Origin: Nostoc sp. DedSLP01
GTDB lineage: Bacteria > Cyanobacteriota > Cyanobacteriia > Cyanobacteriales > Nostocaceae
Length of the DNA: 64,000 bases
Direction of reading: 5' to 3'
NCBI GenBank assembly: GCA_034530875.2
Contig: JAVRCJ020000001.1
Coordinates: 160,001 to 224,000 of the forward strand
Of the stretch, positions 27,031 to 35,608 are shown piece by piece (position 1 is the stretch's first letter; every line of letters starts with the position of its first letter). The translations under genes and the position numbers were made by a program. A model generated the notes under the pieces. The model had not been told where the DNA came from. It worked only from the letters and a program-made list of their open reading frames with translations, and did no database searches.

Positions 27031-30000
27031 ATGAATACAAATAAGCAAATTAAATATCGGATTTTTCGAGATGGTGTTAGTCAACGCGATCGCTTACTCA
27101 GAGAACTAAAACCAGATTATGTTGCAGTCGATGAGCGCGACTTATCAGATTTACTCACTTTCGTACAAGAATATGCTACAAAACTCAATTATTACGATGA
27201 GTCCAATACTATAAATGGTGATTGGTCGCCTTTCTTTGCGGGAGATGTAAAGCAGATGGTTGCTTATATTAATAATCCCGAAAGCTTTGCCGATGATGAA
27301 TCAGCACTCAGACAATTATCTCAACCTCATTTAGTTTTATTATTTACATTTTTACAATTATTGCGTTATCCTCAGCAACAGTTTAGAGGACTCACTCAAA
27401 GATATCTGGATTTTTATTATCAAGAGGTATTGAAGTTAAAGACAAAAGCCGAAGTTGCAGATAAAATTAATGTCATTTTTGAGTTAGTTTCAGGAGAAGA
27501 CACGCATCTCATTCAAAAGGGTACTTTACTGGATGCAGGTGAAGATACTCAAGGTCTTAATCTCAATTATGCTACTGATGAAGATATCATCGTTAATCAA
27601 GCTCAAATAGCCAGCGTTAAAACTTTATTTTTAGAAAAACAATACATTAGTTTAGAAGATATTCATCAGCAAGACGATAAAAGCGATCTCAGTTTTGAAA
27701 ATATGCTCCGCTGGGCGATCGGTAGCCCAAATCAAGGAGATAGTTTTCCCGATTTTAACGGCGATGCTGTTGATATTAATTATCTCAAACAACGTATTTA
27801 TCAACCAATTAAAAATACTCAACAAATCTCTCAAGAAGCAAAAATTTATATTGAAAATCAGCTATTCTTTGATACAGTAGAAAATTTTCAATATTGTTTT
27901 GATATACACGATCGCCAAATCAATCAGGTTAATCCCAACGTTAAAAAACCTACAGAATTAGAATGGCAAGAAGTTTATAAGATAGTAGAAAAAGCCTACA
28001 GAAAAAAAATCACTTTTACTAGGCGTAATACTTTAAAGCAAGAACGAGAAAAATCTGGCTTTGACAAAATGATGAATTTGGCTCTCGGTAGTCCTAATCC
28101 TGGCGATTATTTACCGGAAATGCCAAATAATTATCAAACTCTCATGCAGATATTTGATAATATTACCCAACAATCAGTTATTACCTATATCAAAGAAAAG
28201 CTTTATATGAGCGTCGAAGATTTCCGCAAGATTATGGAAATCCAAGCTACGACGGTAAATCCTAACTGGGAAGAAGTTTATCGCCTCGTTGAAAAAGCAC
28301 AAACCAAGAAAAGAAATTTTATTTATCCTCCTATTGGCAAAACTGAAATTAAAAATATTTATCCCAGTTCTCCAGTTGATATAAAACAGGGACAAACAAC
28401 TAAATCGCAACGTTTTAAAACTTTTGGCAATATTACTCCAACTGTACAAAACTCTCTCGGTTTTGCAGTGACTTCTCCTATATTTTTGTTGGCAGAAGGT
28501 AAGCGTACTCTTACACTTACCTTTGCATCTGAAGGAAAAACGTTGAATCGAGATAATTTCCAAAAGATACTAACTGCTAATATTCAACCTTTTGAAATTT
28601 ATTTGAGTAGCGAAAACCAATGGATACAACCTCAATCATTTAATTATGAAATTGGCGATTTTATTCTAGAAGAATCAATTAAATCCTATAATAATTCCGA
28701 AATATCTTTAGATACTCCTCAAAATGGTCAATTTACAAGTGTGTTTTTGACGGCTAATAACGATACATTTAGTTCCAAAAATCTAGGGCAAATTCTTATT
28801 TGGAATGATAGTAAAATATTTGAAATTACAGAAATACTAACAAATAAAAAAGCTAGTATACAGCAAATTGGTACGGGAAAATTTCCTCAAGGGTTTGTTA
28901 GTAATGACAAAATTAAATTATACGAAACTTCTGCTGTTTACCTCAATAGCTTACAGTTTAATTTAACTCTCGATGCTGCTTTACCTGCTATTTTGCCACC
29001 AAAAGCTGAAGAGTCAGATTATTCTATTACTACTTCCTATCCATTAATCAAAATTCTATTGAAACAAATATCAGAATTAGAAGAGCCTCAAGAAGAAACA
29101 ATTTATTATCAAGAATTTCAATCGGTAATTTTAAAAAAAGTCAACCTCAAAGTTAAGGTGGAAAATCTTCAACAACTACAATTGCGGAATGATGACTCAC
29201 TTCTAAATATTAAAACTCCTTTTCAACCCTTTGGTAATAATCCCAAAGCAGGTTCGAGTTTTTACTTTGCCAATACAGAAATTAGTTACAAAAAATTAGA
29301 TAGTCTGGCCATCAAAATACAGTGGATGGGACTGCCTAAAAACTTTGGAGAATACTACAAGGCTTATTCGGATACCGGGGTAATTACAAAAGTCGATAAT
29401 AGCAGCTTTCAAGCTAGTTTGAAAATTCTGAATAATAGAAGCTGGGTGAATATTGAAACTTCTAAATCTATTTTCTCTCAGGATGGGAGCAATTTAATTA
29501 ATTCCATTAATCTCAAATATCAATTTAATATTTCTGACTATGCTCTCAACACTTTTACTGTAGAAACCGATACAGACGATCCTTTTGAACAAAGTAGATA
29601 TTTCAAACTCGAATTAGAAAGTCCTGACTTTGCACATAATCTATATCCAATAGTATTAAATAAGGTTGCTTTGGCAACGGATGAGAAGAAAAATCTCACA
29701 GTTTATCCTCCCTACACCCCTCAAATTAAAACTATTTCCCTCGACTATACTGCTTCAGTGGAAGTTGACTTACAAGCCTCCTCAACGAATACTGAAACCA
29801 GTCAAATCTTCCATCTTCATCCCTTTGGTTATGCAGATATTCAAAATTGCGATCGCGATAACTCCACAAATAACGAATATTATCTTTTACCTCAATATCA
29901 AGAAGAAGGCAGTTTATACATAGGTATCCGCAATCTCCAACCACCGCAAAACATTTCCATTCTCTTCCAAGCGATCGCGGGAAGTGGCAATGGCGAACTA

Positions 30001-31140
30001 GCTCCGCCACAAATTCGCTGGAGTTACTTGAGTGGTAATAATTGGCGAGAATTTCAAGATACAGAGATACTTTCTGACAGTACTAACGGCTTAGTAGATC
30101 CGGGAATTATTCGCTTGAGTATTCCAGACAAAGCTTCTACCGAGCATAACTTGTTACCCAGTGGTTTACATTGGTTACGAGCTACTGCCAAGGAAAATAC
30201 CACCGCCATTCCTGATACTTTGGACATCAAAACTCAAGCAGTTAGAGCCACTTTTATCAATCGGGGTAATGCAGCCGAGCATTTCAGTAAACCTCTGGCA
30301 GCTAATTCCATTCAAGGATTTGTCACGCGAGATCCCGCCATCAAAACAGTACAACAGCCTTATACATCATTTGGTGGCAAACCAAAAGAAGATAACCGCG
30401 CTTTTACTACGCGGGTAAGCGAACGACTCCGCCATAAACAAAGGGCGATAACTCCTTGGGATTACGAACGTCTAGTACTGGAACATTTCCCCCAAATCTA
30501 TAAAGTCAAATGTATTACTTCTGCTGCTGGCTCAAATAATCCGGCTGCTGCAAAAGTGACAGTAGTAGTAGTTCCAGATATTTCTAATACTGCACCGTTC
30601 TTTCCCCTCGAACCCAAAGCACCTTTGTATTTACTCAAGGAAATCGAAGTATATCTACAAAAATATACTTCCCCATTTGTACAAGTTGTAGTGAAAAATC
30701 CCCGCTACGAACGCATTAAATATAGAGTGGCTATTCGTTTTCGTGACGGATACGAACAGGGTTACTATATCAATCAACTCAACGAAGATATTAAACGCTT
30801 TTTGTCTCCGTGGGCCTATGAAGAGCAAGCAGACATTACCTTTGGAAGTTCAATTCACAGTTCCTCACTCATCCATTTTATTGAGAACAGACCATACATT
30901 GATTATGTTGCCAATCTCAAATTAATTGAGCAAATTGGTATCAAAGCTGGTTCTCAAGGCAAGTTAGATACTTATTATCGAATAAACCAATCTAATCTCG
31001 CCCAAGTACAACACTTAGATTCGATTTTGGTTTCTGCACCCGAACATATTATCGACCTAATTGGTACAAAAAATTATGATGAGGAGGATTTTGAGGGGAT
31101 TGGTTACATGATTGTTGGTATTGATTTTATTGTTAGTTAA
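27031..31140 (+). CDS. Baseplate J/gp6-like protein (Afp11-like)
   Basis: DG.SQ..R, PHLVLL..FL, LDFYY..VL, RVSERLRHKQRA...WDYERLVLE.FP. Confidence 0.9.
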   Translation: MNTNKQIKYRIFRDGVSQRDRLLRELKPDYVAVDERDLSDLLTFVQEYATKLNYYDESNTINGDWSPFFAGDVKQMVAYINNPESFADDESALRQLSQPHLVLLFTFLQLLRYPQQQFRGLTQRYLDFYYQEVLKLKTKAEVADKINVIFELVSGEDTHLIQKGTLLDAGEDTQGLNLNYATDEDIIVNQAQIASVKTLFLEKQYISLEDIHQQDDKSDLSFENMLRWAIGSPNQGDSFPDFNGDAVDINYLKQRIYQPIKNTQQISQEAKIYIENQLFFDTVENFQYCFDIHDRQINQVNPNVKKPTELEWQEVYKIVEKAYRKKITFTRRNTLKQEREKSGFDKMMNLALGSPNPGDYLPEMPNNYQTLMQIFDNITQQSVITYIKEKLYMSVEDFRKIMEIQATTVNPNWEEVYRLVEKAQTKKRNFIYPPIGKTEIKNIYPSSPVDIKQGQTTKSQRFKTFGNITPTVQNSLGFAVTSPIFLLAEGKRTLTLTFASEGKTLNRDNFQKILTANIQPFEIYLSSENQWIQPQSFNYEIGDFILEESIKSYNNSEISLDTPQNGQFTSVFLTANNDTFSSKNLGQILIWNDSKIFEITEILTNKKASIQQIGTGKFPQGFVSNDKIKLYETSAVYLNSLQFNLTLDAALPAILPPKAEESDYSITTSYPLIKILLKQISELEEPQEETIYYQEFQSVILKKVNLKVKVENLQQLQLRNDDSLLNIKTPFQPFGNNPKAGSSFYFANTEISYKKLDSLAIKIQWMGLPKNFGEYYKAYSDTGVITKVDNSSFQASLKILNNRSWVNIETSKSIFSQDGSNLINSINLKYQFNISDYALNTFTVETDTDDPFEQSRYFKLELESPDFAHNLYPIVLNKVALATDEKKNLTVYPPYTPQIKTISLDYTASVEVDLQASSTNTETSQIFHLHPFGYADIQNCDRDNSTNNEYYLLPQYQEEGSLYIGIRNLQPPQNISILFQAIAGSGNGELAPPQIRWSYLSGNNWREFQDTEILSDSTNGLVDPGIIRLSIPDKASTEHNLLPSGLHWLRATAKENTTAIPDTLDIKTQAVRATFINRGNAAEHFSKPLAANSIQGFVTRDPAIKTVQQPYTSFGGKPKEDNRAFTTRVSERLRHKQRAITPWDYERLVLEHFPQIYKVKCITSAAGSNNPAAAKVTVVVVPDISNTAPFFPLEPKAPLYLLKEIEVYLQKYTSPFVQVVVKNPRYERIKYRVAIRFRDGYEQGYYINQLNEDIKRFLSPWAYEEQADITFGSSIHSSSLIHFIENRPYIDYVANLKLIEQIGIKAGSQGKLDTYYRINQSNLAQVQHLDSILVSAPEHIIDLIGTKNYDEEDFEGIGYMIVGIDFIVS

Positions 31141-31165
31141 AAGTTAGTTAAAAGGAGTAAAGATT

Positions 31166-32965
31166 GTGGCTCAAAAGAGTAGAACTGAACTGCAAGGATT
31201 ATTTAAAACAGGAACAAAGCCTTCTCAACAGGATTTTGCTGATTTTATTGAATCCACCCTCAATATTAAAGATGATGGCATAGAAAAGTTGTCTGGGACA
31301 GATACTCCCCTCAAGATTACGGCACAAGGTACGGATGAAAAATTATTAGATTTTTATGCAGCTGATACAAAAACCTGGAGTATTAATCAAAAGCCTGATA
31401 AGGACAAAATAGGTTTAAATATCTCTAATTCTGGAGGTAGTAAGCTTTTTATTACCAGCACTACTGGGAATGTGGGAATTGGGACGACGACTCCAGGAGC
31501 GAAGTTAGAAGTTAATGGCGATTTAAAAGTTACTGGCGCAATTACGGGTAAAATCGATACAGCAAATATTACTTCTGGAATATTAACTGTTGACCGGATT
31601 CCTAACTTATCAGCTGACAAAATTACTTCTGGAATATTAAGCGTTGACCGCATTCCTAGCTTATCAACTGATAAAATCACTTCTGGAGTATTAGCTGTTG
31701 ACCGCATTCCTAACTTATCAACTAATAAAATTACTTCTGGAATATTAACTGTTGACCGCATTCCTAACTTATCAGCTGACAAAATTACTTCTGGAATATT
31801 AACTGTTGACCGCATTCCTAACTTATCAGCCGATAAAATTACTTCTGGAATATTAGCTGTTGACCGCATTCCTAACTTATCAGCCGATAAAATTACTTCT
31901 GGAATATTAACTGTTGACCGCATTCCTAATTTATCAGCCGATAAAATTACTACTGGTACTATTTCAGGAAGTTTATCAGTAACAGAAAGTCTTCGTTTTG
32001 GTGCATCTATAAGACAGATGATTAACTTGTGGAATGAAAATTATGGCATTGGCATACAAAATTCCACTCAATATTTCCGCACTGACAAGAACTTTGCTTG
32101 GTACAAAGGTGGCGCTCATAATGACACTGAACTAAGCCCTGGTGATAAAGGAACAGTACAGATGGTCATCAAAGATAGCAATGTCGGGATTGGCACGGCG
32201 GCTCCAAGCCATAAGTTTCATGTTCTAGCATCAGACGCAGTAGGCTTATTTGAATCAAGCGGCAAAGAAGCTTACTTACGACTTTCAAGCAAAGAAGGAT
32301 TTGATAATCGGGTAGAAATTACCAATCGGCCTGGTGGACGATTGAGCTTGTGGACAGCAGGAGGAGGTGACGTATTAAACATCACAAAAGATGGCAATGT
32401 GGGTATTGGGACAACGAGTCCTGGTGCAAAGTTAGAGGTGAATGGCGATTTAAAACTCAAGACTAATGTGAATGAATTGACAATGTACGTAGATGGCGAC
32501 GGCTTACTATTTAAAGTATTGAACTCATTTCAAGGTAAAGCTAATAGCAATAGAGTAATCAAATGGGATGGTGACAATAATTGGGATTCTGTCTCTGATG
32601 TCCGATTAAAAACAAATATCGAAAATGAAGGTAATATCTTGAGCCGTTTAATGCAATTAGATGTCAAAAATTATCATTGGAAAGATAATCCTGATGCTCA
32701 AACTAAAAAAATTGGTTTCATAGCACAAGATGTTCAGCCTTTATTTCCATCTATAGTTGGCGAAATAAAAAATCAAGAAAGTAGTGAAACAACGCTAACG
32801 TTAAAATATTCTGAGTTTGGCATATTAGCAATAGGAGGATTAAAAGAGTTTAAAACTGAAATAGATTGGCAACTTGCAAAAATCAAAACTGATATGAATG
32901 ATGAACTTAATGAACTCAAAAATCAGATTCAAAAATTGAGTAATTTAAGTAATATTAAGATATAA
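31166..32965 (+). CDS. Tail fibre protein (Afp13-like) with C-terminal intramolecular chaperone (peptidase S74-type)
   Basis: N-terminal L..FKTG.KPSQ.DF.D.I.S, three (G/S)NVGIGT units, SDVRLKTNI and IGFIAQDVQ.LFP; GTG start with AGGAG RBS. Confidence 0.85.
   Translation: MAQKSRTELQGLFKTGTKPSQQDFADFIESTLNIKDDGIEKLSGTDTPLKITAQGTDEKLLDFYAADTKTWSINQKPDKDKIGLNISNSGGSKLFITSTTGNVGIGTTTPGAKLEVNGDLKVTGAITGKIDTANITSGILTVDRIPNLSADKITSGILSVDRIPSLSTDKITSGVLAVDRIPNLSTNKITSGILTVDRIPNLSADKITSGILTVDRIPNLSADKITSGILAVDRIPNLSADKITSGILTVDRIPNLSADKITTGTISGSLSVTESLRFGASIRQMINLWNENYGIGIQNSTQYFRTDKNFAWYKGGAHNDTELSPGDKGTVQMVIKDSNVGIGTAAPSHKFHVLASDAVGLFESSGKEAYLRLSSKEGFDNRVEITNRPGGRLSLWTAGGGDVLNITKDGNVGIGTTSPGAKLEVNGDLKLKTNVNELTMYVDGDGLLFKVLNSFQGKANSNRVIKWDGDNNWDSVSDVRLKTNIENEGNILSRLMQLDVKNYHWKDNPDAQTKKIGFIAQDVQPLFPSIVGEIKNQESSETTLTLKYSEFGILAIGGLKEFKTEIDWQLAKIKTDMNDELNELKNQIQKLSNLSNIKI
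31568..31945 (+). repeat. Seven tandem 54-bp (18-aa, ITSGILTVDRIPNLSADK) coding repeats in the fibre
   Basis: Directly visible in DNA and protein. Confidence 0.95.
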
Positions 32966-32977
32966 AAATTAAAAAAT

Positions 32978-33190
32978 ATGAAAAAACAACTCGAACAACG
33001 CCTTGCACAACTCAAATCCGAATTTGCATCAGGACAAAAAGTCCTCGCAGATTTAGAAGCCAAACAAGTAAACGTCCGGGAAACTTTACTCCGCATTCAA
33101 GGAGCGATTCAAGTATTAGAAGAAGAACTAACGAAAAATAATGCTGCTGCATCTGAAGAGGTTTTAGAAACAGAGGAAACAGGGAGTTAA
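32978..33190 (+). CDS. 70-aa coiled-coil protein in the eCIS operon
   Basis: Heptad pattern (LEQRLAQLKSEF...LLRIQGAIQVLEEEL), tightly spaced in the operon. Confidence 0.7.
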   Translation: MKKQLEQRLAQLKSEFASGQKVLADLEAKQVNVRETLLRIQGAIQVLEEELTKNNAAASEEVLETEETGS

Positions 33191-33217
33191 ATCGCTAGCC
33201 AAAACTATATAATTACT

Positions 33218-35599
33218 ATGACTGAACACTTGACTATCTCCAGTAGTCTCCCAGAACATCCTGGGATGAATTTTGCTTTGTTGCGACAAGAAGGTATAAA
33301 GCACATTGAACGCCTAGCAGGGAAACTGTGGACAGATTACAATACCCACGATCCTGGGATCGCTATCCTAGAACAGCTCTGCTATGCCATCACGGATTTA
33401 AGCTATCGGCTTGACTTCGAGATGAAAGATTTGCTTGCACCTTCTCCTGAAGAAAACAGAAAACAGTTTTTCACAGCCAGAGAAATTCTCACTGTTAATC
33501 CCCTCACAATTAATGATTATCGGAAACTATTAATTGATATTGATGGTGTTAAAAATGCTTGGTTAGAACCCATCAAGAATCCACAACTTCCCATTTATTA
33601 CGATTTAATTCTTCATACATTAAGTTTTAAAGCTTCTGATTTCACTGAAGAAATCAATTTAAATGGGCTTTATCGGGTAATGGTTGAAAAAGAAAAGAAT
33701 ATATCTGATGAAGCCAGTTTATTAGAAAAAATAAAAACTAAACTTAATCAACATCGTAACCTTTGTGAAGATTTTGCTTCAATCGAAATACTATCCATTG
33801 AAGAAATTACCATCAAAACTGAGATAGAAGTAGAAGAAGGCTTTGATGTCAATGAATTAATGGCAAAGATATATTTTGGTTTAGATAATTTTATTTCTCC
33901 TAACTTACAGTTCTTCACTTTAAAAGAACTATTAGACCGAGGTAAAACTCCTGAAGAAATTTTTGATGGTTTTCCGCTGGAGCACGGCTTCCTTGATGAC
34001 GAAAAAATTGAGAGTTTCAATAAAAAAGATGAACTCCATAGTTCTGATTTGATTAAAATTATTTTAGATATTCCAGGAACAAAAACAGTTAGAAATATTA
34101 GTATTTCAAGCAACAATTCATCAGAATTAGAAGAATGGGCTTTAGCATTAGATCGCAATCTAACACCCCAACTCAAAGATATAGAGAGCCTGGCAAATAA
34201 TATTACTTTTTATAAAGGACAAATTCCGTGTAATTTGAACCTGGCTAAAGCCAAAATTTATTTAGAATTATTACAACAGCAAAATACAAAATCTGGATCG
34301 ACTACACAAATAAAAGATATCCCCATCCCTCAAGGACAATATCGAGAATTATCTGAATATGAATCAATCCAAAACGATTTTCCTGCTAATTACGGTATTG
34401 GAGAATTAGGTTTACCTGCTTCCGCTTCTCCTTTACGCAAAGCTCAAGCGAAGCAGCTGCAAGCGTATTTAATGTTTTTCGATCGCCTTTTAGCTAACTA
34501 CTTTGCTCAATTAGAACGCGCTAAAGATTTATTCGATTTTCAAAATAATAATAAGATAACTTACTTCTCTCAAGATATCTCTCAGATTCCAGGTGCAGCC
34601 GAACTCTTAAAGATTGATAATAATTCCTCAGCAGTTCAATGGAATGACACCGATTTAGAAAGAAAAAACCGTTTTCTGAATTATTTAATAGCACAGTATT
34701 GTGAAAAATTTACAGATTATTCTTTACTTTTATATAACTCAACCCTGGAAGAAAAGCTAATTAATAATAAAGTTACTTTTTTACAAAACTATCCTCAAAT
34801 TAGTGCCGAAAGAGGTAAAGCATTTAATTACACTGATTCTAGTCAAGTTTGGGATACAGACAACGTATCGGGACTCAAAAAAAGAATTTGCAGTTTAATC
34901 GGGATTCCCTACAAGCGGCAAACTTTAGCTCTCTCTGATGAATCGAATCAAACTGAAGGATTCCATATAGTCGAGCATATTTTACTTCGTCCTTATAGCA
35001 ACCAAAATTCCGAGCAAAACCCTAATTTTTTAAATTTTGGTCATCAAATTTCGGAATTTAAAGCCAGCACAGTTTCAAACAAAATAGTAACTTGCGTTTC
35101 TCAGCAACACGGACTCGATAACAACGAGCAAATAGAAATATTTGACACAGATAATTATAATGGAATTTATTTCATTACCAATGTTCAACAAGATACATTC
35201 GATATAGAAATAGAAACGGGATTTACAAAATCAGAACAAGGACAATGGGTAGAAGTAAACCGACCCCTAGATCCTTACTCTTTCCAAATTAGTTTTGTAT
35301 TCCCTAACTGGAGGTTTCAAAATGAAAACTTTAGAAAACTAATTTATAACATTATCAGTGCAGAAATACCCGCACACATAACTCCTTATTACTACTGGCT
35401 AGATAAATCGGAAATGCAAGATTTTGAGAGGTCTTATACTTATTGGTTGAACACAATTGTCAATAAAGATGCTTCACCTGAGGATATTAAGAGTACAAGT
35501 AATAACCTGATTAAAGCCTTGAAAATTGCTAGTGTTGAGATAAGAGAATTTAGCGTTCTTGGATATATGACTATCGGTACTGATTTTGTAGTGAGTTAA
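33218..35599 (+). CDS. Baseplate protein (Afp12-like)
   Basis: WTDYNTHDPG..ILE.LCYA.TDL.YR, P.TI.DYRKLLID..GVKNAW, EGFH.VEHILLRP, DPYS, PAH. Confidence 0.88.
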   Translation: MTEHLTISSSLPEHPGMNFALLRQEGIKHIERLAGKLWTDYNTHDPGIAILEQLCYAITDLSYRLDFEMKDLLAPSPEENRKQFFTAREILTVNPLTINDYRKLLIDIDGVKNAWLEPIKNPQLPIYYDLILHTLSFKASDFTEEINLNGLYRVMVEKEKNISDEASLLEKIKTKLNQHRNLCEDFASIEILSIEEITIKTEIEVEEGFDVNELMAKIYFGLDNFISPNLQFFTLKELLDRGKTPEEIFDGFPLEHGFLDDEKIESFNKKDELHSSDLIKIILDIPGTKTVRNISISSNNSSELEEWALALDRNLTPQLKDIESLANNITFYKGQIPCNLNLAKAKIYLELLQQQNTKSGSTTQIKDIPIPQGQYRELSEYESIQNDFPANYGIGELGLPASASPLRKAQAKQLQAYLMFFDRLLANYFAQLERAKDLFDFQNNNKITYFSQDISQIPGAAELLKIDNNSSAVQWNDTDLERKNRFLNYLIAQYCEKFTDYSLLLYNSTLEEKLINNKVTFLQNYPQISAERGKAFNYTDSSQVWDTDNVSGLKKRICSLIGIPYKRQTLALSDESNQTEGFHIVEHILLRPYSNQNSEQNPNFLNFGHQISEFKASTVSNKIVTCVSQQHGLDNNEQIEIFDTDNYNGIYFITNVQQDTFDIEIETGFTKSEQGQWVEVNRPLDPYSFQISFVFPNWRFQNENFRKLIYNIISAEIPAHITPYYYWLDKSEMQDFERSYTYWLNTIVNKDASPEDIKSTSNNLIKALKIASVEIREFSVLGYMTIGTDFVVS

Positions 35600-35608
35600 T
35601 TAAAGCTT

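Noticed and set aside
31568..31945. Possible CRISPR array or DGR template repeats (also 47647-48186)
   Set aside because: Repeats are contiguous, in-frame coding units without unique spacers; no cas or reverse transcriptase gene is in the window.
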